Shown here: piece by piece, positions 48,466 through 57,408 of the stretch | Layout: each line of letters starts with the position of its first letter | How positions within the stretch are numbered: position 1 is the first letter of the stretch | Assembly (NCBI GenBank): GCA_963783905.1 | Contig: CAWAPG010000007.1 | Location: 197,281-261,280 of the forward strand | DNA length: 64,000 nucleotides | From: an uncultured delta proteobacterium | GTDB lineage: Bacteria > Desulfobacterota > Desulfobulbia > Desulfobulbales > BM004 | Direction of reading: 5' to 3' | The notes under the pieces: model-generated | Database searches by the model: none | What the model was told of the DNA's origin: nothing | Seen by the model: the letters and a program-made list of their open reading frames with translations, nothing else | Position numbers and translations under genes: made by a program

Positions 48466-48971
48466 AAAAACCGGTACAGATGCAGGCTATTTTTGCCTTT
48501 CATGACGATCTGCTCTCGGCTCTCAGAATCGTGCGGGAAAAAAACATTGCCCTGCAGGCCGTGCATTCACCGGTCCGAAACAGTGAAATCACAGCGCTAA
48601 CCACGGATAAAGGCAGCCCGATCCGTTTTATCACGCTGTGCGGCGCAATTCTCGGAATAACTACTGGCTTCGGTCTATCGGTCTATACTGCCTGGCAATG
48701 GAAATTCATCGTTAGCGGCAAACCGCCCGTCCCGATAGTACCCTATGTAATCGTGGCCTTTGAGTTCTGTATCCTGTTCGGCGTCCTGTTCAACGTCGCA
48801 GGTATGCTGCTGCTGTCCCGGCTGCCGCGAAGGAGCCTGCCGGCGCATTATGATGCCCGGGTGAGTCAGGACCGTTTCAGTATCCTGGTCAACTGCAGGC
48901 CGGAAGCATGTGAATCTGTCAGGAAAATACTCCATGATGCCGGCGCTGAGGAGATTTATGACATCCCCTGA
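48462..48971 (+). CDS. actD: Alternative complex III subunit ActD (DUF3341)
   Basis: 169 aa with a soluble N-domain followed by two TM helices. ATGA overlap with actC. The position and architecture match ActD. Confidence 0.8.
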   Translation: MKKPVQMQAIFAFHDDLLSALRIVREKNIALQAVHSPVRNSEITALTTDKGSPIRFITLCGAILGITTGFGLSVYTAWQWKFIVSGKPPVPIVPYVIVAFEFCILFGVLFNVAGMLLLSRLPRRSLPAHYDARVSQDRFSILVNCRPEACESVRKILHDAGAEEIYDIP

Positions 48972-50193
48972 AATACAGCCAATTGATATCACCACCACGG
49001 TGGGCAGATCTTCTCATCCCCGCCTGCTGCTGCTGTTTGCCCTCATGACGCTTGCAGGTGCAACGGTGTTTATCACCGGCGTTTTTGGACCGCAACCGCA
49101 GCGGATCTGGCAGGCCTATCTGATCAACTTCATTTTCTGGACCGGCATGACTGCCGGCTGCCTGCTTTTTTCAGCCATCCTTTCCATCACCCATGCGCAC
49201 TGGGGCCGCTCGCTCAAACGACTTGCCGAGGCGCCCGTCATTTTCCTGCCGGTGGCGCTCATCCTCTTCATGGTTCTCTACCCCGGCCGCCGGGAAATAT
49301 TTCCCTGGATCTTGCATCCGGTGGCGGAAAAAGAAGCCTGGCTCAATGCACCGTTTCTCTTTCTGCGCGACGGGGCCGGACTCCTCGCCCTGGCCGCAGC
49401 CGGCCTGAAACTCATCGCCATTTCGGTACACCGTGAGCAGGGAGAAACTCTGGCGCCGCCGCTGCGGCATGAAAAAGGGCGGGAGGAAAAAGAGGCCGTG
49501 GTTGCCGCCAATATCTATGCCATGCTTTATGCCTTTATTCTTTCCCTGCTGGCCTTTGATCTTGTCATGTCCCTTTCGCCCCACTGGTATAGCAGCCTTT
49601 TCGGCGCCTATTATTTTGTCGGCAGTTTTTCAGCAGCTCTGGCCCTGCTGATGGTTCTTGCCTTGTTCTTCCGGAGGAAAAGAGGGCTGCAGAATTTTAT
49701 CAGGTCCGATCATCTGCTTAACCTGGGCAAACTTATGCTCGGTTTTATCCTGGTGACCGGCGACTTTTTTTTCACCCAGTTCCTCGTCATCTGGTACGGT
49801 AACCTTCCCGAGGAGACGCATTTCGTTATCCTGCGCACCCAGCTGCAGCCCTGGTCATCGGTGGCGTGGGCCGTGCTTCTGCTTGGCTTTGTTTTGCCCT
49901 TTGTATTGCTGTTAAGCAGGAAGATCAAGATGCACCCCCTGCCCATGCTGGCAGTAAGCTTTATTATTCTTGCCACCATGTGGCTTGACAAGTTCCTCCT
50001 GATTGCGCCGTCCCTCTGGACCGGATCCGGACTGCCGTTGGGGCTGGCCGAGGTTTTCATATCCTTGGGATTTTTCGGTATCATGGGGATGTGCATCCTT
50101 CTGTTTCTGGGAAAATTTCCTCTGCTTCCCTATGGCGATCCCCTCTTTCATTACGATTTGGCACAATTTTCCGAAACGGAGGGCGACAAATGA
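48958..50193 (+). CDS. actF: Alternative complex III second NrfD-like membrane subunit (ActF-like)
   Basis: About 410 aa and polytopic, paralogous in layout to ActC. ATG 48958 with GAGGAG upstream overlaps the actD stop. Confidence 0.75.
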   Translation: MTSPEIQPIDITTTVGRSSHPRLLLLFALMTLAGATVFITGVFGPQPQRIWQAYLINFIFWTGMTAGCLLFSAILSITHAHWGRSLKRLAEAPVIFLPVALILFMVLYPGRREIFPWILHPVAEKEAWLNAPFLFLRDGAGLLALAAAGLKLIAISVHREQGETLAPPLRHEKGREEKEAVVAANIYAMLYAFILSLLAFDLVMSLSPHWYSSLFGAYYFVGSFSAALALLMVLALFFRRKRGLQNFIRSDHLLNLGKLMLGFILVTGDFFFTQFLVIWYGNLPEETHFVILRTQLQPWSSVAWAVLLLGFVLPFVLLLSRKIKMHPLPMLAVSFIILATMWLDKFLLIAPSLWTGSGLPLGLAEVFISLGFFGIMGMCILLFLGKFPLLPYGDPLFHYDLAQFSETEGDK

Positions 50194-50269
50194 GACCTGC
50201 AGAGCGACCCCGTGGCCGGACGCTATACTGTGGACCGACCCTGCACATAAGAACAGGTAAATCATTGGC

Positions 50270-50812
50270 ATGAGGATCGGAAACCTTCACAAACTCTTCT
50301 GGAATCCCGACAGCTCCCGTTACTGGCTCGGTGTGTCCCTGATTCTGGCCGGGCTCATGCTCTATTTATATTATTTCTACCCGGAGCAGCAAGTCGGTCC
50401 GGTCCAGCCAATTCCATTCAGCCACAGGGTGCATGCCGGCGTCAAACAGATCAGCTGCCGATTCTGTCACCCATTTGTAGACCGTTCGCCGAGGGCGGGT
50501 CTGCCATCCCTGGAAAAATGTTTTTTCTGCCACAAGTACATCATTCCCATGCATCCGCAGCTGGTAAAGGAAAAGGAGCATTACGACCGGAAAACCCCTG
50601 TTCCCTGGGTCCGTATCTTCTTTGTCCCGGACTATGTCAAATTCCGGCACCAGCCGCACATCGTGCTGGGCAAACTGCAATGCGGGGCATGCCATGGTGA
50701 GGTGGCACTCATGGATCGGTTGCAGTCGGTTGATTTCCAGATGGGTTTCTGTATCGGCTGTCACAAGAAAATGAAGGCCCAGCTTGACTGCTGGCTTGCA
50801 TGTCATCACTGA
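50270..50812 (+). CDS. actA: Membrane-anchored multihaem cytochrome c (ActA-like)
   Basis: N-terminal TM helix. Haem motifs are CRFCH, CFFCH, CGACH and CIGCH plus a terminal CWLACH (CX3CH), 180 aa in all. Confidence 0.75.
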   Translation: MRIGNLHKLFWNPDSSRYWLGVSLILAGLMLYLYYFYPEQQVGPVQPIPFSHRVHAGVKQISCRFCHPFVDRSPRAGLPSLEKCFFCHKYIIPMHPQLVKEKEHYDRKTPVPWVRIFFVPDYVKFRHQPHIVLGKLQCGACHGEVALMDRLQSVDFQMGFCIGCHKKMKAQLDCWLACHH

Positions 50813-50878
50813 TGGCGGGGTTAACACAGATGCATTCTTGCAAAAGAGGACTTTTAAAATTTCTGCACCGGTAAATTT

Positions 50879-52252
50879 ATGAAAATTTTTTCTCTGACCA
50901 GGGAACCTTACGGCACGGTAAAAAGCTTTTTTCTCAGTTCCGCGGTCTGGTTCGTCATTGCCACCACCTTCGGCCTGATCAGTGCCACGCATCTGGCTGC
51001 TCCTGAACTCCTCGGCAGTCTTCCCTGGCTGGTCTTCGGTCGAACCCGCCCCATGCACACCGGGCTGGTCATCTTCGGTTTCGTGGGAACCGCCCTTCTC
51101 GGCGCCGCCCATTACATGGTGCCGACCCTGGTGCGCACCCCGCTGTACAGTGAACGGCTCGGTAAAACATCGCTCTGGTTATGGAACTCAACCATCCTGG
51201 TGGGCACGGTAAGCCTGAGCCTCGGCTATTCCCAGGGCAGGGAATATGCCGAATGGTTCTGGCCGGCCGACATGATGGTTTTGCTCTCCCTGGCCCTGAT
51301 GTTCGTCAATCTTCTACGGACCGTACGGCAGCGGCAGGAAAATATTCTTTATGTCTCCAACTGGTATGTCCTGGCAGCCCTGGTTTTTACCTTCTTCATC
51401 TATTTATCAGGCAATGCGGTTTGGCATCCGGCAACCGGTGCCATAACCGGCATGCCCGATGCCATTCTCGCCTGGTTTTACGGACACGGGATCGTCGGAC
51501 TTTTCCTGACCCCGCTGGCGGTGGCGGTGGCATATTACGCTGTTCCCATCATCGTCCGGGCCCCACTTTACAGCCACAGCCTGTCGCTGCTGGGCTTCTG
51601 GTCAATCCTCATAATCTATACCCATATCGGCACCCATCATCTTCTGCAGACCCCGGCGCCTTCCTGGCTCAAGGTAATTGCCATCACGGGAAGCATCTTC
51701 ATGCTGGTACCGGTTTTCACGGTCCTGATCAATCTGTGGCTCACCATGCGGGGCAGGTTGGGCCTTATCCACCGGGACATCGGGGGGAAGTTTATCATGG
51801 CGGGCCTTGTCTGGTATATACTCACCTGCACCCAGGGGCCGCTGCAGGCCCTGCCCTCCATCCAGCGGGTCACCCATCTTAATAACTGGGTAATCGCCCA
51901 TGCCCATATGGGAGTTCTTGGTTTTGCAGGCTTTATCGGCCTTGGGGCCATATACTTCATCCTGCCGAAGGTTACGGGCCGACCTATTTACAGCGCCAGG
52001 CTGGCTGACATCCAATACTGGCTTGTGCTCTTCGGCATGAGCGGTTTTTTCCTGATACTGACGGCGGCGGGGCTGGTCCAGGGCCACGGTTGGCTGACCG
52101 GCGAGACCGTCTACCGCATGCTGCCTACGATTCATGTCTATATGGTGGTGCGTGCCGGGATCGGATTGCTCATCGTCGGCGGCGCCGTGCTGGGCCTCTA
52201 CAATATCAGCCGGAGCCTATACGGTGGTGGTGAAAAGGAAGGGACATCATGA
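50879..52252 (+). CDS. ccoN: cbb3-type (C-family) haem-copper oxidase subunit I
   Basis: GYSQGREYAEWFWP and ILYVSNWYV parallel the CcoN motifs GxTQGREYAE and HIYVANWFY. 457 aa and polytopic. Confidence 0.88.
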   Translation: MKIFSLTREPYGTVKSFFLSSAVWFVIATTFGLISATHLAAPELLGSLPWLVFGRTRPMHTGLVIFGFVGTALLGAAHYMVPTLVRTPLYSERLGKTSLWLWNSTILVGTVSLSLGYSQGREYAEWFWPADMMVLLSLALMFVNLLRTVRQRQENILYVSNWYVLAALVFTFFIYLSGNAVWHPATGAITGMPDAILAWFYGHGIVGLFLTPLAVAVAYYAVPIIVRAPLYSHSLSLLGFWSILIIYTHIGTHHLLQTPAPSWLKVIAITGSIFMLVPVFTVLINLWLTMRGRLGLIHRDIGGKFIMAGLVWYILTCTQGPLQALPSIQRVTHLNNWVIAHAHMGVLGFAGFIGLGAIYFILPKVTGRPIYSARLADIQYWLVLFGMSGFFLILTAAGLVQGHGWLTGETVYRMLPTIHVYMVVRAGIGLLIVGGAVLGLYNISRSLYGGGEKEGTS

Positions 52253-53208
52253 AAATGACTCCGGCTCACATTCTCGGCAGCAGTTTGATTATTTTCGGAG
52301 CCGTTCTGTTTATTGTGGTCATCCTGCCCTGGGTAACCATCAGTGAGGCCCCTTCGGATATCTTCCGGCCCCGGACGCCGCTGGAGGAGGAGGGCCGTCG
52401 CATCTATGTCAATAACGGCTGCACCTTCTGCCATACCCAGTTTATCAGAAATTTCGACTGGGGGCACGGGGCCCACCGCATCGCCCAATCCGGCGATTAT
52501 GTGGCCGACCAGCCGCATCTGCTCGGCACCGAGCGCACCGGACCCGATCTTTCGCAGGAAGGTGGAGAGCATCCCGATGATTGGCACATGGCCCATTTTT
52601 ACAACCCCCGTTTTACCAGGCCGGAATCAATCATGCCTTCCTGGAGTTTCCTGGGCAATAAAAAACTTGAAGCCCTGACCGCTTATCTCCAGAGTCTTGG
52701 TTTTACGGACGGTGACCAGCGCACAGCACGGCAAAAGATCTGGAAGGAAAAAGCTGTTGCAGCTTACAAGGCCGGACCGGAAGAAAATGTTCGCTGGCTC
52801 CATGCCGGAGTTCCTGAAGGCTGGCGCAATATTGCCAATCCCTATCCGACCACCGAAGTCGGACTGGCAAGGGGCAAGAGAATATACCAGAGTTACTGTA
52901 TCGGCTGTCACGGACCTGTGGGAGACGGCATGGGCGAGGCCGAACCGTATCTCTATCCGCCGCCTCTGAATTTTACCATCCTCAGGGAACGGGGTATCAG
53001 CGGCGGCATCCTCTATTATCAGATAATGAACGGCATAACCGGCACCGCCATGCCGTACTTCAAGGGAGAACTGGAATCAGCGAAGATCTGGGATGTGGGC
53101 AATTATGTTGCAGTGCAGTTCATCGGTCAAAGCGATGCCGGCGACAGGGGCGTTGGCATACCGGCGGCCTACGAGAAATCCGATGTTCCGGCTGGAGGTG
53201 CGCAATGA
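52249..53208 (+). CDS. ccoO: CcoO (FixO)-like monohaem subunit fused to an extra C-terminal cytochrome c domain
   Basis: The N-terminal TM helix plus CTFCHTQ...GTERTGPDLS...DDWHMAHFYNPR parallels CcoO. The C-terminal domain has CIGCHGPVGDGMG and GTAMP. Confidence 0.85.
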   Translation: MKMTPAHILGSSLIIFGAVLFIVVILPWVTISEAPSDIFRPRTPLEEEGRRIYVNNGCTFCHTQFIRNFDWGHGAHRIAQSGDYVADQPHLLGTERTGPDLSQEGGEHPDDWHMAHFYNPRFTRPESIMPSWSFLGNKKLEALTAYLQSLGFTDGDQRTARQKIWKEKAVAAYKAGPEENVRWLHAGVPEGWRNIANPYPTTEVGLARGKRIYQSYCIGCHGPVGDGMGEAEPYLYPPPLNFTILRERGISGGILYYQIMNGITGTAMPYFKGELESAKIWDVGNYVAVQFIGQSDAGDRGVGIPAAYEKSDVPAGGAQ

Positions 53209-53465
53209 TATACAGCTTTGGTTGGCTGACCCTGGTCATTATCAGCCTTGCAGTCAGTCTGGTTGCTTTTATCTGGGGCGTGGTCAGCGGCCAGTTTTCA
53301 GACCAGACCAGGGCCAGGTATCTGCCCCTGCGGGACCAGCATCCGGCAGCTATCATGGAGGGACCGGCAAAGCCGGACCGCGGAATTTACATGCTGCTCG
53401 GCATTATCGTCTTCGGTGTAATCATTATGTTGCTGCCCATACTGCTGACCTTCTGGTATTCATAA
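53205..53465 (+). CDS. ccoS: CcoS/FixS-like cbb3 oxidase maturation protein
   Basis: A TM helix is followed by WGVVSGQFSDQ, resembling the CcoS W..xSGQ[FY][DE]D motif. ATGA overlap with ccoO. It is longer than typical (86 aa, with a second TM helix). Confidence 0.65.
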   Translation: MIYSFGWLTLVIISLAVSLVAFIWGVVSGQFSDQTRARYLPLRDQHPAAIMEGPAKPDRGIYMLLGIIVFGVIIMLLPILLTFWYS

Positions 53466-53477
53466 AAAGAGAGTGTT

Positions 53478-53738
53478 ATGCGCTATTTTACCCTGCTTGA
53501 TTTTCAACATATGGTTCTGGCCTTTTTTATCGGCCTCATCGCTGTCATTCTCGTTTCCGTCGCCTGGTGGAGATATCCACGGCCCGACGAGGAACAGCCG
53601 CAGGAAGCAGTGCATGAAAGCAGACCCCGGGTGTCCCACCCCGTACCGCCGCTGCTGATATTTATTATCGCCGGGGCACTGCTCTGGGCCCTTGCCTATA
53701 TTCTGGTCATAGGGATTATGGGTGGACCCATCAGCTAG
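53478..53738 (+). CDS. Small two-TM membrane protein
   Basis: 86 aa with two hydrophobic helices, 12 nt after ccoS. No family recognised. Confidence 0.45.
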   Translation: MRYFTLLDFQHMVLAFFIGLIAVILVSVAWWRYPRPDEEQPQEAVHESRPRVSHPVPPLLIFIIAGALLWALAYILVIGIMGGPIS

Positions 53739-53804
53739 GACGCATTTTAAGGAAAACGCCAGGTGTAATTTCAGCCTGCGGAACAAGATGGAGCATGACG
53801 CAAG

Positions 53805-54086
53805 ATGAGTGACATAACGACACATTCAGCTGGGGGCAGGAATCTCAATCCGTGGCTGGCAGTACTTGCCCTGGCGGCTGTATTTCTTCTCTGGGGCCTG
53901 TTCATTTTTTTCAGTGTTGGGGTCAAATGGCCTCCGGCCTGGGATTTCGGCGCCATACAGGATGTGCCCGGTCAATCGGTATATTCCACCCATCGCGTGC
54001 AGCCGGGCCAGTCCGGCAGGTCTTCCCTGCACCTGGAAGGAAAACTTGTGCCGCAGCATGTCAAAAACTCACTACCGGATAAATAA
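53805..54086 (+). CDS. Small single-TM membrane protein
   Basis: 93 aa with one hydrophobic helix (WLAVLALAAVFLLWGLFIFF). It ends 16 nt before the cytochrome c lipoprotein start. Confidence 0.4.
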   Translation: MSDITTHSAGGRNLNPWLAVLALAAVFLLWGLFIFFSVGVKWPPAWDFGAIQDVPGQSVYSTHRVQPGQSGRSSLHLEGKLVPQHVKNSLPDK

Positions 54087-54102
54087 GAAGGAGCAGAATG
54101 GC

Positions 54103-54627
54103 GTGATTTCTGCAAATACCAAAAACCGAACAGTCACCATGATTTTTTCCACCCTCTGCCTGCTGATCTCCTGTCTGCTGCTGAGCGCCTGCGATTATGC
54201 CCGCATGAAGGATGATGAGGCGATAGACACCTACGAGACCGTGACACCGGACATGCCGAAGCACACCATACCAGTTGCCGGTGGTGGTGATATTCTCCGC
54301 AGCAGCGATCCCCTGTCACTGGTCAATCCTCTCCCGTCCGATGCTGATTCGCTGGCCAGAGGTGAAGAGGCTTACGGATTTTACTGCATCCACTGTCATG
54401 GTCCAGAAGGAGACGGCTATGGCACAGTCGGCCAGAGCTTCTCGCCTCTGCCAGCCGATCTGGGATCAACGCAGGTACAGGCGCAAAGCGATGGAGAACT
54501 CTTTAGCAAAATCAGCCTCGGCTATAAACGTCATCCGCCACTCGCGTATACTGTAGCTGAAAATGACCGCTGGGCCGTTATCAACTATCTGCGCTCAATT
54601 GCCAAGCCGGTTGCGACGTCACCATGA
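54103..54627 (+). CDS. actE: Monohaem cytochrome c lipoprotein (ActE-like)
   Basis: AAGGAG lies 9 nt upstream of GTG 54103 (alternative ATG 54139). Lipobox LLSAC. The single haem motif CIHCHG with downstream PPLAY/M region indicates a class I cytochrome c. Confidence 0.72.
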   Translation: MISANTKNRTVTMIFSTLCLLISCLLLSACDYARMKDDEAIDTYETVTPDMPKHTIPVAGGGDILRSSDPLSLVNPLPSDADSLARGEEAYGFYCIHCHGPEGDGYGTVGQSFSPLPADLGSTQVQAQSDGELFSKISLGYKRHPPLAYTVAENDRWAVINYLRSIAKPVATSP

Positions 54628-54789
54628 AGACATTAACTCTTTCCCTTCACAAGCCGGGAGCAGCCGGATGCTGTTATTCTGCCGGGCTTTATGCGGCAGG
54701 AGACGATTTAACAATAACGGTCACAGGCAAATATGCACTGTTCTATTTACCTGCATTTATAAAAAAATCCTCTACCTCTGATACGGCGG

Positions 54790-57405
54790 ATGTTTGAAGA
54801 CAACGGTGCAGCCACAAAGGATATGGCAATGAAGCGGCAGGATCGGCTAAAACTGCGGCGGTCTCGTGAAGAAGAACCTTCAGCGTGCACACTCTGTGGT
54901 TTGCCCGTCGGCCGCCACGGCCCGCAACATGAGGTCGAGGGGGAGATGCGCCATTTCTGCTGCGCGGGCTGCCAGCACGTCTTCCAGATCCTCTATAACA
55001 ATCCGGATGAAAGTTCCACCGACTTCCGCGATACAAATCTTTTTAAAATCTGCGTTGCCGCCGGGATGATCTCTCCATCTGAACAAACGGAATCGCCGGG
55101 AGCGGAAAGTGCCTCGGTTCCAGGGGATGAAATGCAGCACCCGGCGGCGGACCAAGGTATGGAAGTAACCTTTACCATCAGGGGCATGTGGTGTGTTTCC
55201 TGCGCCTGGCTTATCGAAGAAATTCTGCGCCGGACCACGGGCATACTTGACGCCGAAGCAGCCTTTATGACGGATAGCATCAGAATCAGATACCAGCCGC
55301 ACCGCATCAGTCTCCAGGAAATTGCTCGAATACCGGAACGTTTCGGTTTTCAAACCTTTCCCGTTGATGAACAGCCCGATGCCGATCGAAAAAAATCCTT
55401 TTTACGTCTTGGAATCGCGGCTATTCTTACCTTCAATATCATGATGATATCCTTTGCTGTTTACGGAGGATTTTTTCAGGAACTGGGGAAGACCGGCATC
55501 GTCACCCTCTCCATGCCTCTCTTTCTGCTCACCACACCGATCCTCTTTTACAGTGGCTGGCCGATATTCATGCGGTCCTGGTATGGACTGAAATCCGGCT
55601 TTTTTTCCATGGACACCCTGATCAGCGTGGGAGCATTAACAGCTTATGGCTACAGCCTTTACCAGATGCTGCAGGGCAGCATTCACCTGTATTTCGATAC
55701 CGCAGCCATGCTCATAACCATGGTGCTGCTCGGTAAGTACGTGGAAAATCGCGCCCGCAGCAAAGCATGCGCCGGCATCACGGGACTGCAGGATCTGATG
55801 GGCCGCAAGGTCCGTCTGGACCTGGAAGGCCGGGAAAAGTGGATTGATAATGCAGCCTTGCAGCCCGGTGATCATTTTGTCGTCAGAAGCGGCGAAAGGG
55901 TACCGGTTGACGCCCAGGTCATCGACGGTCAGGCAGATGTGGATGAATCGGTGCTTACCGGGGAATCGAGGCCCGTAACCAAAAGACAGAATTATGATGT
56001 TCTGGCCGGCAGCCTGCTCATCAACGGAAATCTGCGGCTGGCAGCCACCCGGATCGGCCCCAAAAGCTCACTGGGGCAGATGATTGGGCTTGTGCAGAAA
56101 GCCCTCGCCACCCAAAATCCCGTTGAACAGCTTGCCGACCGCATAACAGGCATTTTCGTTCCTTTTGTCTTAATCACGGCAGCGGCAACGGCCGTCGTAC
56201 TTCTCGCCACCGGAAGTGCTGCCAATGCGGCCATCCTGCGGGCCGTGACCATACTGGTAATCGCCTGCCCATGTGCGTTAGGTATTGCCACGCCTCTTGC
56301 CAAGGCGGCGATCATCGCCAAAGGCCGATTGCACGGCATTGTTATCCGTGACGCCGCGGCTTTTGAACAGGCCTACAAGCTTGATGTCATTCTGTTTGAT
56401 AAAACCGGCACCGTTACCGAAGGCAATTTTATGCTCCGTTCCGTACATGCCCATGAAGCGAACGAAGAAGAAGCCGTGCGCCGTATGGCCGGCGTCGAGG
56501 TCGGCGAAAATCATTTTTTTGCCAAAGAGATCAGGAGGTACGCAGAGGAGCGTGGTATTGCCTACGAAGAGGCTGCAGAGAGGCAAAGTTTCCCGGGATT
56601 GGGAGTGAAGGGGGTGGTGAACGGCGAGGAGGTAACAATTGGCAGCCGCCGCTTCATACAGGAGTTGCATTTCGAGATGGAGCAAAGTATCGCAGACCGC
56701 GCTGCAGCTGCAGAAAAAAGGGGAGAAACCGTTATTTTTTCTGCCTGGCGGAACAAAGTCCAGGCCATGGCTGTCTGCGGCGATGTACTCAAAACCGGCG
56801 TACGCCGCCTTATCACCCGCCTGCTGGACAGAGGCATACAGGTATGGCTTGTTTCCGGTGATTCCCAGGCAACCACCTCAGCGGTTGCCGCACAACTGCA
56901 TGTCAGTCGTTTTGCCGGACAGGCCCGGCCGCAGGATAAGGTCAATCTTATCAACAGGCTGCAGTCGGAAGGTTTTCTGGTCGGGATGATCGGGGACGGC
57001 ATAAATGATTCCGCCGCCCTCGCCCAGGCCGATCTCGGATTGGGCGTCGGCTGCAATCCCGGCAACATCATGGAGGAAGCTGCCGATGTTACACTGCTTG
57101 GTGAAGATCTTGACCGACTGCTGGAAACCATGGAACTGTCGCAGCTTCTTGCCAAGGCCGTACGCCAGAATCTCATCCTGGCTTTTCTGTATAACGGTAT
57201 CGGCATCCCCCTTGCCGTCCTGGGACTGCTCAATCCGTTGCTGGCGGTAACCGCCATGCTGGCCAGCAACCTGACCGTCATTGCCAACACCATCCGCATA
57301 GCCGGAATCGAAAAGCAGGGAAGAGAAAAACGTGTCCAGCATAGGGATCAGACATATTACGCCGGCACCAGCCACCCCCTGGCTCCGCTGAAGAATGAGA
57401 AATAA
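54790..57405 (+). CDS. ccoI: Copper-translocating P1B-type ATPase of the CcoI/FixI type
   Basis: N-terminal CTLCG...HFCCAGCQHVF, an HMA-like domain, CPC (IACPCALG), DKTGT and GDGINDS. 871 aa. Confidence 0.9.
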   Translation: MFEDNGAATKDMAMKRQDRLKLRRSREEEPSACTLCGLPVGRHGPQHEVEGEMRHFCCAGCQHVFQILYNNPDESSTDFRDTNLFKICVAAGMISPSEQTESPGAESASVPGDEMQHPAADQGMEVTFTIRGMWCVSCAWLIEEILRRTTGILDAEAAFMTDSIRIRYQPHRISLQEIARIPERFGFQTFPVDEQPDADRKKSFLRLGIAAILTFNIMMISFAVYGGFFQELGKTGIVTLSMPLFLLTTPILFYSGWPIFMRSWYGLKSGFFSMDTLISVGALTAYGYSLYQMLQGSIHLYFDTAAMLITMVLLGKYVENRARSKACAGITGLQDLMGRKVRLDLEGREKWIDNAALQPGDHFVVRSGERVPVDAQVIDGQADVDESVLTGESRPVTKRQNYDVLAGSLLINGNLRLAATRIGPKSSLGQMIGLVQKALATQNPVEQLADRITGIFVPFVLITAAATAVVLLATGSAANAAILRAVTILVIACPCALGIATPLAKAAIIAKGRLHGIVIRDAAAFEQAYKLDVILFDKTGTVTEGNFMLRSVHAHEANEEEAVRRMAGVEVGENHFFAKEIRRYAEERGIAYEEAAERQSFPGLGVKGVVNGEEVTIGSRRFIQELHFEMEQSIADRAAAAEKRGETVIFSAWRNKVQAMAVCGDVLKTGVRRLITRLLDRGIQVWLVSGDSQATTSAVAAQLHVSRFAGQARPQDKVNLINRLQSEGFLVGMIGDGINDSAALAQADLGLGVGCNPGNIMEEAADVTLLGEDLDRLLETMELSQLLAKAVRQNLILAFLYNGIGIPLAVLGLLNPLLAVTAMLASNLTVIANTIRIAGIEKQGREKRVQHRDQTYYAGTSHPLAPLKNEK

Positions 57406-57408
57406 CCC

